DNA from: Limisphaerales bacterium
GTDB lineage: Bacteria > Verrucomicrobiota > Verrucomicrobiia > Limisphaerales > Palsa-1400
Assembly: GCA_052139695.1 (NCBI GenBank)
Contig: JBKQWF010000170.1
Span: 8,602 to 72,601, forward strand
DNA: 64,000 bases
Direction: 5' to 3'
Numbering within the stretch: position 1 is the first letter of the stretch; each line of letters starts with the position of its first letter. The notes below the pieces were generated by a model. It saw only the letters and a program-made list of their open reading frames with translations. It was not told the origin of the DNA and did no database searches. A program made the translations under genes and the position numbers. Positions 29,415 through 39,250 of the stretch are shown here, in pieces.

Positions 29415-30628
29415 TATTTTAGAAAGTAAGAAATCGTTGAAAAACAGGCGTCCGCCATGATGATCAGCAGAAGGCTGGTGACGACGGCCCTGGTCGTGGA
29501 CAACCCCACGGCGCTCGGGCCCTGCTGCGTTTGCAGGCCGCGCCAACAACCCACGCCGGAAACGATGACTCCGAAGACCGCGCTTTTCCCGATTCCCACC
29601 GTGAGGTCATGCAAACGAACGCTCAGGCACATCTGATGGACGATGAGCATGAGAGAAAAATGCAGCCCCAGCATGACCAGGACGCCTCCCACGATGCCCA
29701 TCAGGATCGAGTAACAAGTGAGCAGCGGCGCCACCAGAACGCCGGCCACGATGCGCGGAATGACCAGAAACCGGACCGGATCAAGTCCCAGCGTCTCCAG
29801 CGCGTTCAATTCCTCATTGACTTTCATCGTGCCAATCTCCGCCGCAAAGGCCGAGGCGGAACGGCCCGCGAGCAGGATGGCGGTCATGAGCGGCCCCATT
29901 TCCCGAACCATGACGATGGTAATCGTATTCGCGACATAAATTTGCGCGCCAAATTCGGCCAGCCGTTGCGCCGACTCGAAGGCGATAATGAACCCGAGAA
30001 GCAAGCTGACGAGAGAGACGATGGGGACGGCGTTGGCGCCCGCCAGCTCGAAGACGTGGCGCACCTCCGGCCAGCGCATTCGCTTTCGATTCGCAATCGA
30101 AGCCGGCAGATGGACCGCGACGCCTCCTAAAAAATCCACCTGCTCTCGCAAATCTCCGATGATTTGCCGGGTGGCGTGCCCTGCTTCCTCGATCAGCGGG
30201 TGACTTTGTTTCTGAACCTGCGGATGGAACGCGCCGTAGTCACTGGCGGTGAAGCCTTCGAAGATGGTCTTAAATTCCGCCGCCAATCCCACGACCGAAA
30301 CCGTCGCTCCCGGCGTCATCCGCCCCATGTTCAAATATCGGAGCAGGGCAAAGCCGGCGCCGCCGCAGAAATCGACTCCGCTCACATCCACTTCGAGGGT
30401 CTTGATTCGGCCTGCGCGCAATTGGTCCTCCAGGCTTTTCCAGCAATCCGCCACCGTACGCGCGCTGAGGCGCCCCTTGAGTGCCACCCGCGTGACACCG
30501 TCCGCGCCGGTCGTTACGTCAGCTTCATATTCAGTCTGCGCGGCGGGTGGCATGGTTTCAATTTGCGGGGCGGTGAATGGGGAGCCGGACTTTGAAGCGG
30601 GTTTCGCCGGGCTTGGATTCAAATTCAA
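29414..30628 (-). CDS. MlaE-family ABC permease with an N-terminal STAS domain
   Basis: STAS-like segment VALKGRLSARTVADCW...LEVDVSGVDFCGGAGFALL followed by the MlaE core FGAQIYVANTITIVMVREMGPLMTAILLAGRSASAFAAEIGTMKVNEELNALETLGLDP. An alternative start at 30553 (MPPAAQ) would avoid overlap with the kinase gene. Confidence 0.85.
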   Translation of the reverse strand: MNLNPSPAKPASKSGSPFTAPQIETMPPAAQTEYEADVTTGADGVTRVALKGRLSARTVADCWKSLEDQLRAGRIKTLEVDVSGVDFCGGAGFALLRYLNMGRMTPGATVSVVGLAAEFKTIFEGFTASDYGAFHPQVQKQSHPLIEEAGHATRQIIGDLREQVDFLGGVAVHLPASIANRKRMRWPEVRHVFELAGANAVPIVSLVSLLLGFIIAFESAQRLAEFGAQIYVANTITIVMVREMGPLMTAILLAGRSASAFAAEIGTMKVNEELNALETLGLDPVRFLVIPRIVAGVLVAPLLTCYSILMGIVGGVLVMLGLHFSLMLIVHQMCLSVRLHDLTVGIGKSAVFGVIVSGVGCWRGLQTQQGPSAVGLSTTRAVVTSLLLIIMADACFSTISYFLK

Positions 30629-31952
30629 TTTCGCCGCCGTGCCGGTCGGCCACGATGCGGTTGCTGATAATCAATCCCAGGCCGGTGCCGGCGCCCACTG
30701 CTTTGGTCGTGAAAAACGGTTCGAACATGTGAGACTGGACTTCCGGCGGGATGCCGGAGCCGTTATCGACAATTTCCACGACCACTTGATCGTCTTCGCG
30801 ACACGTGCTGATACAGATTTTGCCCTGGCCCTGGACCGCGTCGATGGCGTTATCAATGAGGTTCGTCCAAACCTGGTTGAGCTCGCTGCCATAGGCCATG
30901 AGGCGCGGAATGGAGCGGTCAAAATCCCGCCGCAGGGTCACATTCTTCAATTTGTGACCGAGCATGAGCAGGGTGCTCTCGAGGCCTTCATGAATATCCA
31001 CTTCCTGCATGGGCGATTGGCCCATGTGAGAATAGGACTTCATCGCTTTGACCAATTCGGAGATGCGTCCGGTGCTTTGCTCAACCTCGTTTAGCAGCAA
31101 TTTCAAATTCAGGCGTGATTCCAGCCAACTGAATGCCCCCGCATGGCTTTCGGGCGGAAGTTTGCCCGCCAATTCCTCCAGCCAGGGAATGTCCAAGTCC
31201 GCGCTGACAAAAGTCGGAGCGGCTTCCCAGGACGCCGCCACACTCCGCGCCTGGAGCCAGGTCGCGATCTGATCGGCGCGATCACTGCGCTCCACGTGAT
31301 CGAGCGCCGGGGCGCACGCGAGTCTTTCGGTCGCTTCTTGAGCTGCCAACGCCAACTGGCGCCATTGGTCATGGGAAAGGATTTTAGAAAGCTGGCAAAG
31401 GAGGTTATACGCTTTGTCGGTGGTCTCCCGCAAATGCGCTGCCGCGCGGCGGGCGGCCGACGCCGGATTATTGAGTTCATGGGCCAAGCCGGCCGCCATC
31501 GTGCCGAGAGAGGCCAGCTTCTCCCGCTGCTGCGAATAGCCTTCCAAGTTGCGCATCTTGGTGGCGGCGAATCGAAAAATCTCGCGGGCCACCGCATGGC
31601 AGGTGCTCAACATCTTCCAGAAATCTTCCTGGCGGAGCCGGAACAATTTGGCTGCCTTTCCCACTCGCGCCGACGCCAGCCATGGGATGTCCAGCAGGAG
31701 TGTCACTTCACCTGTATATTTTCCCGGCTTGATCACCCCCATCAGGACAGTCTGACGATCATAAGTGCGACTGAGTCGAAGCTCCCCTTCGAGCACCACA
31801 TAGAAATAGGGGCTCCGTTCCCCTTCGGGAACCAGCACGGCGCCGGCGGGCAGTTCAACGACCTCGCCCGGTTCGATGCATCCCAATTGGTCATCGGTCA
31901 ACCCGCAGAACAAGGGAGCGGACCGCACTAACTGGAGGTCTGCCTGGTTCAT
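30558..31952 (-). CDS. cytoplasmic sensor histidine kinase with an N-terminal cyclic-nucleotide-binding (CAP-effector) domain
   Basis: Start MNQADLQLV at 31952, 2 nt after the upstream stop. cNMP-like fold LFCGL...GAVLVPEGERSPYFYVVLEGELRL...TGEVTLL. H-box LAHELNNPASAA. N/G boxes NLIDNAIDAV, DNGSGIP, GTGLGL. No TM segments. Confidence 0.85.
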   Translation of the reverse strand: MNQADLQLVRSAPLFCGLTDDQLGCIEPGEVVELPAGAVLVPEGERSPYFYVVLEGELRLSRTYDRQTVLMGVIKPGKYTGEVTLLLDIPWLASARVGKAAKLFRLRQEDFWKMLSTCHAVAREIFRFAATKMRNLEGYSQQREKLASLGTMAAGLAHELNNPASAARRAAAHLRETTDKAYNLLCQLSKILSHDQWRQLALAAQEATERLACAPALDHVERSDRADQIATWLQARSVAASWEAAPTFVSADLDIPWLEELAGKLPPESHAGAFSWLESRLNLKLLLNEVEQSTGRISELVKAMKSYSHMGQSPMQEVDIHEGLESTLLMLGHKLKNVTLRRDFDRSIPRLMAYGSELNQVWTNLIDNAIDAVQGQGKICISTCREDDQVVVEIVDNGSGIPPEVQSHMFEPFFTTKAVGAGTGLGLIISNRIVADRHGGEIEFESKPGETRFKVRLPIHRPAN

Positions 31953-31954
31953 GG

Positions 31955-33616
31955 CTACAAAAGACCCAGGTACTCGTGAACGAGTTTGACCGCCATGGCG
32001 CCTTCGCCAACTCCCGAGGTAACTCCCTTGGCCGACCGATGGCGAACATCCCCGGCCACGAAAATACCCGGGACGCTGGTTTCCAAATAGAAAGGGTCGC
32101 GGTCCGCCGTCCATCCCGGCGGACGCCGCCCCTCTCGCAGCAAATGCGGGCCGGCAATCAGGTAACCTTGCTCATCCCGTTCGAGGACCCCCGCGAGCCA
32201 CTCGGTGCGCGGAATCGCCCCCGCGTAAATTAACAACGCGCTGGCAGGCACGGTCTCCCGCGCGCACGTTTGACTGTCAAGCATGGTAATTCTTTCACAC
32301 CGGTCCACGCCTTCCACCGCCACGACCCTTGAGTTAAATCTCACCGCGATATTTTTCGTGGCGGCGATCTGGTTCTCCAGGTATCTGGACATGCTCTCGG
32401 ACAAGCAGGGGCCGCGCACCAGCATCGTGACCTGGCGGGCAAACTTGGAAAAATACATGGCGGCCTGGCCGGCGGAATTGGCCCCGCCGACAATGTAAAT
32501 ATCTCCGTCCCGGTAAGAGAACGCCTCCGACATCGGCGCATAATAATAGACTCCCGCGCCGTTCAATTTTTCCAACCCCGGCACGTCCAGATTCCTAAAA
32601 GCAATCCCCGTGGCAATCAACAGCGCCCGGCAGCCCACCTCCGCCCCATCTTCCAGGGTCAGCACCCGCGTGGGGCCTTGGACGCGGACGCTCTTGGCCT
32701 CTTGCGGCGCGAGAATCTCCACCCCAAAGCGCCGCGCCTGGGCAATGGCGCGCCGGGCCAGGTCCCCGCCGCTCAGCCCCACCGGGAAACCAAGATAATT
32801 CTCAATCCGCGAACTCCGCCCGGCTTGCCCGCCTGGGGCCTCTCGTTCGATCAGCAATGTCTGCAAGCCATCCGCCGCGCCATAAACGGCCGCCGCCAGT
32901 CCCGCTGGGCCGGCCCCCACGACCACCAGGTCGTAAAACGGAAATTCCGCTTTGGTTTTTAATCCCAGCTTCTGCGCGAGCTCGGCAATAACCGGGTTGC
33001 TGAGGAATGAACCGTCGGTCAGGACGACGATCGGCAAGGACGAAGCGCCGGCGCCCGTGGTCTGGAGAAGTTGTTTCGCCGTTTCATCCGTCTCGATGTT
33101 GAGCCACTGGTGGGGGACAAAATTGCGCCCGAGAAAGTCGCGAATCTCATTGGAACGCGGGGACCACCGGTTCCCGATGACGCGCACTCCTTCAAAAGCG
33201 GGATGATACGAAGCTTGCCAGTCATCGAGCAGATCATCCACCACGCCGTAAAGCCGTTCTTCCGGAGGGTCCCACGGTTTCATCAGGTAATGGTCGATAT
33301 GGACGCTGTTAATGGCTCGAATCGCCGCGTCGGTGTCCGCGTAAGCGGTCAGCAGGGCGCGTTTGGCCTCCGGGTAAAACTCCATGGCTTTCTCCAGGAA
33401 CTCCACCCCGGACATGCCCGGCATTCTCTGGTCCACAAGAAACAGCGCCACCGCTTCGTCGCGCAGTTTCAGTTGCTTTACTCCTTCCAGGGCGGACGCG
33501 CCTGAATCGGCTGAAAAAACTTTGTAGCGGTCGCCATACTGACGCCGCAGATCCCGTTCCACCGCCCGCAGAACGTCCGGGTCGTCATCAACTGTCCAAA
33601 TGACGGGTTTAGCCAT
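31955..33616 (-). CDS. response-regulator receiver fused to a glutaredoxin-like segment and a thioredoxin-reductase-like FAD/NAD(P) domain lacking CxxC
   Basis: REC: VDDDPD...LVDQRMPGMSG...LMKPW. Middle: RVIGNRWSPRS (no Cys pair). FAD site VVVGAGPAGLAAAVYG, NAD(P) site YIVGGANSAGQAA. The position of the TrxB CATC reads GVYYYAPMSEA. The protein has 4 isolated Cys and no CxxC. Confidence 0.85.
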   Translation of the reverse strand: MAKPVIWTVDDDPDVLRAVERDLRRQYGDRYKVFSADSGASALEGVKQLKLRDEAVALFLVDQRMPGMSGVEFLEKAMEFYPEAKRALLTAYADTDAAIRAINSVHIDHYLMKPWDPPEERLYGVVDDLLDDWQASYHPAFEGVRVIGNRWSPRSNEIRDFLGRNFVPHQWLNIETDETAKQLLQTTGAGASSLPIVVLTDGSFLSNPVIAELAQKLGLKTKAEFPFYDLVVVGAGPAGLAAAVYGAADGLQTLLIEREAPGGQAGRSSRIENYLGFPVGLSGGDLARRAIAQARRFGVEILAPQEAKSVRVQGPTRVLTLEDGAEVGCRALLIATGIAFRNLDVPGLEKLNGAGVYYYAPMSEAFSYRDGDIYIVGGANSAGQAAMYFSKFARQVTMLVRGPCLSESMSRYLENQIAATKNIAVRFNSRVVAVEGVDRCERITMLDSQTCARETVPASALLIYAGAIPRTEWLAGVLERDEQGYLIAGPHLLREGRRPPGWTADRDPFYLETSVPGIFVAGDVRHRSAKGVTSGVGEGAMAVKLVHEYLGLL

Positions 33617-33649
33617 GTTCTTTTTTGTTTGAACCGTTCAACCTCGGGA

Positions 33650-34600
33650 TTAAGTCACACGAACCGCTCGTGATTCTATCGGGTAATGGCGTTCTCGCCA
33701 AGCATCGATTCCTCCCAGCAAGGGGCGGACTCGTGAAAAACCTTTGCGCTGCAAGAGCAGCGCGACGCGCGCGGCGCTCACCTCGTTGGGGCAGGAACAG
33801 TAGAGAATGATGTCGCGATCATGAGGAATCTCCTGCAGATGGTTCTCCACCTCATCCATATTGAGGTGCAGAGCGCCGTGGATTAATGAGGGGTCCTCGT
33901 CCAGCGCCGCCTGCGACCGCAAATCGAGGATGATCAGGTTCTCGCCCGCCTCCAGCTTTTGGTGCAGCTCATCCACCGTAATGCGCGCCATGCGCAGTTC
34001 GCGCAACAGCCGGTGCCTCTGGAAATACTTGTAACCAATGTAAAGGGCGATCATCCCCCCAACCACCGCCAAGGCGCCCGTTCCCAAGCCGGCGAGGGCG
34101 GCGATGATCGCTTCCAATTGATGGCTAAACAAAACACCCACCAGCAGAAGACATCCCACATAGAGCAGCGAGCCGATGCCATCGAAGAAAAGAAAGCGAG
34201 CCAGGCTGAAACCGGAATTGCCCGCCAGCGGCGGCGCCAGGGTGCTCAATCCCGGAATGAACTTCGCCGCCACGACCCCTTCGATGCCGTAGCGGGCAAA
34301 GACATTCTGCGTTCGGCGGACGCAAGAGTCTGGCTCCAGCGAGATGCGGCACAGCAGCCCCAAAACACGATTGCCGTAATGGCGGCCGAGATAGAACCAA
34401 ATCACATCGGCCAAAAGAGAGCCAGCCAGGGACGATCCCACTGCCACCAGCCAATTCATCTTGCCCGTCCCAATCAAGGCGCCAGCGGCGAACAGCCAAG
34501 GCACCGCCGGCAACGGAATTCCGAGCTGTTCGATGAAGACCGTGGAAAATAAGACCGCGGCGCCGTGATGGATCAAGAATTCAACGGACTTATTCATCAT
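33650..34600 (-). CDS. DedA/VTT-family membrane protein fused to a C-terminal rhodanese-like domain
   Basis: Start MMNKSVEF at 34600 (the track ORF extends to 34915 through the upstream gene). DedA core FIEQLGIPLPAVPWL...YLGRHYG. Rhodanese-like ITVDELHQKL...IILDLRS...IILYCSCPNEVSAARVALLLQRKGF...LLGGIDAW. Confidence 0.8.
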   Translation of the reverse strand: MMNKSVEFLIHHGAAVLFSTVFIEQLGIPLPAVPWLFAAGALIGTGKMNWLVAVGSSLAGSLLADVIWFYLGRHYGNRVLGLLCRISLEPDSCVRRTQNVFARYGIEGVVAAKFIPGLSTLAPPLAGNSGFSLARFLFFDGIGSLLYVGCLLLVGVLFSHQLEAIIAALAGLGTGALAVVGGMIALYIGYKYFQRHRLLRELRMARITVDELHQKLEAGENLIILDLRSQAALDEDPSLIHGALHLNMDEVENHLQEIPHDRDIILYCSCPNEVSAARVALLLQRKGFSRVRPLLGGIDAWRERHYPIESRAVRVT

Positions 34601-34601
34601 A

Positions 34602-36080
34602 TTAATTCCTTGCGGCGATATCCTGCCCTGCTCCAGGGCGCATCGTCGAGGCCGAGCTGGCGGCGCCTTCGTTTTTCCAGCCGCCGCCCAGGGCCTTGTA
34701 GAGGGCGACGACGGCCAGCTCTTGATCTCGTTCGGTCCGGGCCAGATTAAGCTGTGCCGGAAAGAGCTGTTGTTGCGCTTCGAGGACTTCGTAATAGCTG
34801 GCTTTGCCCGCGAGGTAGCGCTCGGTGGAAACCCGCACGGCCCGCTCCAGCGCCCCCACTTCGCGGGCCTGCTCTTCGCGAATTTCGGCCAATCGCTCGC
34901 GCGAAACCAGGGCATCGGATACTTCGCGCAGGGAGGTCAGGACCGTTTGCTGGTAATGAAGCCGGGCTTCGTCGCGGGCCGCTTTGGCTTGCCGATATTG
35001 TCCCACCAATCGGCCGCCTTCGAAAAGCGGCCCCGTGCCTTCCGCGGCAAGACCCCAGGCATTGGCGCCCCCCAACGTAAACGCGGACAGCTCCGGGCTG
35101 ATTTTGCCAAGGAATGCTGTCAAACCTATCTTAGGAAAAAACTCCGCGGCCGCTTCGCCGATTTGCGCGTTGGCGGACCGGAGCAGTTGCTCCATTTCGC
35201 GCACGTCCGGGCGGCGTTCCAGCAAGGCGGAGGGCAAACCCGGCGGCACTTCCGGCGGCAAGGCGGCGGCGGGCCCTCCCTTTCGGCTGACCGGACCGGG
35301 GATGCGGCCCAACAAGACGGACAGCTCATTTTCCGTCAAGGTAATCTGTTCCAGGATGGAGGGCGTGGCCGAGGCGGCGTCGGCCAGGGCGGCGAGGGCG
35401 CGGGACGCTTCCAAGTCGGTGGCCGTGCCGCCTTCGAGACGTTGCGTGAAGATTTTCAAACTTTCGCCAAAAGAATTGGTGGTGCGTTGGACGATCTCCA
35501 ACTCCTGGTCCAGCTCGAGCAAGCGGAAGTAATCGGTGGCCACCGCGCTCAACAGGCTCAGGCGAACGGCGCGGCGCGCTTCTTGCGAGGCCAGAAACTG
35601 GGCGCGGGCCGATTCGTTGAGCCGGCGAATGCGGCCCCAGAGGTCCACTTCCCAAAAGGCGTTGAGGGTGGCCGTGGCGGAGCCGACCGAAGTCCCGTTG
35701 TTGGGGAAGGCCTCGCCAAACAGATCATTCCGTCCCTGGCTGACGGCCCCGTTGTAATTGACGCTGGGCACGAACTGGGACCTGGCCTGCATGGCGAAGG
35801 CCCGGGCCTGTTCGACGCGGCTCACCGCGACGCGCAGATCATAGTTATTGGTGAAAGCTTCCCGGACGAGCGCCTGCAACGCCGGGTCCTGATAGACTCC
35901 CCACCAATCCAGGTCGGCGAAGGAAGTGTTCGTCGCGGCGTTGTCGCCGCGAAAGGCGGCGGGAGAATCGACGGGCGGGCGCCGGTAATTGGGACCGACC
36001 GCGCAACCCGCGAGCCACGCCGCGCCCACAGAAATCAAAAGCAGGCAAACGCTTTTTCCGCGCTGGGCTGGAACGCTCAT
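34602..36080 (-). CDS. RND efflux outer-membrane factor lipoprotein (NodT family)
   Basis: Start MSVPAQRG at 36080 (ATGA overlap with the RND pump stop). Lipobox WLAGC followed by VGPNYRRP. Two OEP repeats. Confidence 0.9.
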   Translation of the reverse strand: MSVPAQRGKSVCLLLISVGAAWLAGCAVGPNYRRPPVDSPAAFRGDNAATNTSFADLDWWGVYQDPALQALVREAFTNNYDLRVAVSRVEQARAFAMQARSQFVPSVNYNGAVSQGRNDLFGEAFPNNGTSVGSATATLNAFWEVDLWGRIRRLNESARAQFLASQEARRAVRLSLLSAVATDYFRLLELDQELEIVQRTTNSFGESLKIFTQRLEGGTATDLEASRALAALADAASATPSILEQITLTENELSVLLGRIPGPVSRKGGPAAALPPEVPPGLPSALLERRPDVREMEQLLRSANAQIGEAAAEFFPKIGLTAFLGKISPELSAFTLGGANAWGLAAEGTGPLFEGGRLVGQYRQAKAARDEARLHYQQTVLTSLREVSDALVSRERLAEIREEQAREVGALERAVRVSTERYLAGKASYYEVLEAQQQLFPAQLNLARTERDQELAVVALYKALGGGWKNEGAASSASTMRPGAGQDIAARN

Positions 36081-39000
36081 GAACCGCTTTCTCCCAATGC
36101 GGAGCCCGCCAAACCCGGGGCGGCATTCGGCTCCGCGGCGCGGCGGCGGCGGGCAATGTTCTCGACCACGTAAAATGTCACCGGTATCAGGCAAACCGCG
36201 ACGCAGGTGGCGGCCAGCATCCCGCCGATGACCACCGTGCCGAGAATGCGCCGCGCAACCGCTCCCGCCCCGCTGGCGAACCACAAGGGCAGCGAGCCGA
36301 AAATAAAGGCGAACGAAGTCATCAAAATCGGCCGCAGGCGAAGACGGGCGCCCAGCAGGGTCGCCTCAAGGAGCGGCTTGCCTCTCTCGTATTCCAGCCG
36401 GGCGAATTCCACGATCAGGATGGCGTTCTTGGCCGCCAGCCCGATAAGCATCACCAATCCGATTTGGGCAAAAACATTATTGACCATTTGCCGTGATAAC
36501 AGGGCGGCAAAAGCGCCGAAGACGGCGATGGGCGTTCCCAGCAAAACACTGAAAGGCAGCGACCAGCTCTCATAGAGGGCCGCCAGGATCAAAAAGACAA
36601 AAAGGAAGGAAAGGGCAAAGATCGCCGCCGGCGAAACCCCCTGGGCCGCCTTCTGCTCCTGAAACGACATGCCAATGTAGTCGTAACCCATCTCCGGCGG
36701 CATGGTCTGGGCGAATACTTCCTCCAGGGCTTTGGTGGCCTGGGCGGAACTATATCCAGGCGCCGCCGTGCCGTTGAGCTGTGCCGAACGATACAGGTTG
36801 TAGCGCATCGTAAACTCGGGCCCGGAAATGTCCTTGGTTGAAGTCAGAGCGGACATGGGAATGGACTCGCCATTGTGGTTGCGCACGTAAAACAGGCCCA
36901 GGTTTTCGGCGCGCGTCCGATAATCACCCTCGGCCTCCACATAGACCTGCCACTGCCGCCCAAACCGGTTGAAATAGTTGACGAAATACCCGCCCATGAA
37001 AGTTTGCAGGGTTTTGTAAACCTCCGCCAGGTCCACGCCTTGCTTGAGGACCCGGTCACGGTCCACATTCACGTAAAGCTGGGGAACCGCTGGCAAAAAG
37101 GTGGTGTTGATGCTGGCGATCTCAGGACGCTTCCGCACCGCTTCCATATATTTGGCGACGTTGGCGGCGAGAAACGGAATGTCCTTTCCGGCCCGGTCTT
37201 CCAGCACCATGGTAAACCCGCCGGCCGTCCCGACGCCCGCGATGGCAGGCGGCGGAAACCCGAAGGCCATCGCCGCCGGCACCCGGGAAAGCTTGCGCGT
37301 CAGGTTCGCCTTGATCGCGGTATAACTTTCCTCCGGTTTGGTGCGCTGGTCCCAGTCCTTCAGGCTAACCCAAAGCGTCGCGCTGTAGGTGTTGCGCGTA
37401 AAACTCAGGAGACTGAACCCAGCCACCGTGGTGCAACTTTCAACTCCCGGCGTGGCCAGGACCAGGTCTTCGACTTGTTTGCACACCGCCACCGTGCGGT
37501 CCATGGAAGCGGCGAAGGGAAGTTGGATGGCCACGTAGAGGAAGCCCTGGTCCTCCTCCGGCAGGAAGCCGGCGGGAAGGGCTTTTCCAAACCAGGCGGC
37601 GGCGAGGGCCACGAGCCCCAGGAAAATCAGGCTGAAGCCGGATTTCCGAACCAAGGCCCGGCAAAGCCCGACGTAACCGTCCGTCAGGCGGCTGTAACCG
37701 AGATTGAACCACTTAAAAAACAAGGCCAGCGGGCCTTTCGTTTCCTGCTTGGGCCGCAGGAGCAGCGCGGCCAGGGCCGGACTGAGCGTCAGCGCGTTGA
37801 AGGCGGAAAGGAGCACGGAGATGGCAATGGTCACGGCAAATTGTTGATAGAGCCGGCCCGTGATGCCGGGAATGAACACGGTGGGCAGAAACACGGCCGA
37901 CAGGATCAGAGCGATCGCCACCACGGGACCCGACACCTCCTCCATCGCTTTCAAAGCGGCCGCTTTGGGCGACATCCCCTCCCCGATGTGGTGCTCCACC
38001 GCTTCGACAACCACAATGGCGTCATCCACCACCAAGCCGATGGCCAGGACCAGACCGAAGAGCGAGAGGGTGTTGATGGAAAAACCCAGCAACGGGAAAA
38101 CCGCGAAGGTGCCCACCAATGACACCGGCACCGCAAACAAAGGGATCAAAGCCGCCCGCCACCCTTGGAGGAAGATAAAGACCACCAGCATGACCAGCGC
38201 GAGCGCTTCCCAAAACGTCTTGCCGATTTCACGAATCCCCTCGATCACCGATTTCGTGGTGTCAATAGGAATGCTGTAGTCGATGTCGGACGGAAAACGG
38301 GTCTTCAATTCTTCCATGAGCTTTTTGACGCCTTTGGCCGCCTCGATGGCGTTGGAGTTGGGCAGTTGAAACAAGGCCAGAATGGCCGAGGGTTTGCCGC
38401 CGTAACGGCCCACAACATCAAAATCGGCGGCGCTCAGTTCGACGCGCGCCACGTCCCTTAAGCGCACCACCGCCCCATCGGGTGTGGCGCGAAGGACAAT
38501 GCTGCCAAACTCGTCCTCCGTCGTGAGGCGGCCCTGGGCCAGCACCGTGTAAGTGAATTCCTGACCGGGCGGGGTGGGCCGCCCCCCAATTTTGCCCGCC
38601 GGATTGACCGCATTCTGGCTGTTGACGGCGCTAATGATCTCCGGAACGGTGATGTTGAGTTTGGCCAGTTGATCGGGTTTGACCCAAATCCTCATGGCAT
38701 ACTGCCCGGCGCCAAAAATCGTCACGGAGGAAACGCCCGCCACCCGGCTCAACGGATCGCTCAAATTGATGTAGGCGTAGTTGGCCAAAAACTCGGCGCC
38801 GCGCGTGCCATTGGGCGAGCTGAGCGAGAGGATCATGAACGGGGCGGAGAGAGACTTTTGGACAGTTACTCCGTAATTCTGCACGTCGCGCGGCAACTGG
38901 GATTGCGCCTGGGCATAGCGTAACTGGGTCAAAACCTGGTCGATATTCGGGTCCGTCGCGAGATCAAAATTAACAAACAGCCGCATCAAACCGTTGTTCG

Positions 39001-39247
39001 CGTTGACCGAGTACATGTAGTTCATGTTGTCCACGCCGCTCATCTGTTGCTCGATGGGCGTGGCGACGGATTGTTCAATGGTCTGGGCGTCGGCGCCGAC
39101 GTAGTCCGCTTGAATGAAAATCTCCGGCGGCACCACCTTCGGGAATTGCGCGATGGGCAGCGACACCATCGTGACCAGCCCGATGAGAACCATGATGATC
39201 GAAATCACCATGGCGACGATCGGCCGGTTAATAAAGAACTTGGACAT
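36077..39247 (-). CDS. RND (HAE1, AcrB/MexB-type) efflux permease
   Basis: 1056 aa. MSKFFINRPIVAMVISI N-terminus, 12-TM/two-large-loop architecture, conserved VVDDAIVVVE segment. Confidence 0.95.
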   Translation of the reverse strand: MSKFFINRPIVAMVISIIMVLIGLVTMVSLPIAQFPKVVPPEIFIQADYVGADAQTIEQSVATPIEQQMSGVDNMNYMYSVNANNGLMRLFVNFDLATDPNIDQVLTQLRYAQAQSQLPRDVQNYGVTVQKSLSAPFMILSLSSPNGTRGAEFLANYAYINLSDPLSRVAGVSSVTIFGAGQYAMRIWVKPDQLAKLNITVPEIISAVNSQNAVNPAGKIGGRPTPPGQEFTYTVLAQGRLTTEDEFGSIVLRATPDGAVVRLRDVARVELSAADFDVVGRYGGKPSAILALFQLPNSNAIEAAKGVKKLMEELKTRFPSDIDYSIPIDTTKSVIEGIREIGKTFWEALALVMLVVFIFLQGWRAALIPLFAVPVSLVGTFAVFPLLGFSINTLSLFGLVLAIGLVVDDAIVVVEAVEHHIGEGMSPKAAALKAMEEVSGPVVAIALILSAVFLPTVFIPGITGRLYQQFAVTIAISVLLSAFNALTLSPALAALLLRPKQETKGPLALFFKWFNLGYSRLTDGYVGLCRALVRKSGFSLIFLGLVALAAAWFGKALPAGFLPEEDQGFLYVAIQLPFAASMDRTVAVCKQVEDLVLATPGVESCTTVAGFSLLSFTRNTYSATLWVSLKDWDQRTKPEESYTAIKANLTRKLSRVPAAMAFGFPPPAIAGVGTAGGFTMVLEDRAGKDIPFLAANVAKYMEAVRKRPEIASINTTFLPAVPQLYVNVDRDRVLKQGVDLAEVYKTLQTFMGGYFVNYFNRFGRQWQVYVEAEGDYRTRAENLGLFYVRNHNGESIPMSALTSTKDISGPEFTMRYNLYRSAQLNGTAAPGYSSAQATKALEEVFAQTMPPEMGYDYIGMSFQEQKAAQGVSPAAIFALSFLFVFLILAALYESWSLPFSVLLGTPIAVFGAFAALLSRQMVNNVFAQIGLVMLIGLAAKNAILIVEFARLEYERGKPLLEATLLGARLRLRPILMTSFAFIFGSLPLWFASGAGAVARRILGTVVIGGMLAATCVAVCLIPVTFYVVENIARRRRAAEPNAAPGLAGSALGESGS

Positions 39248-39250
39248 GGT

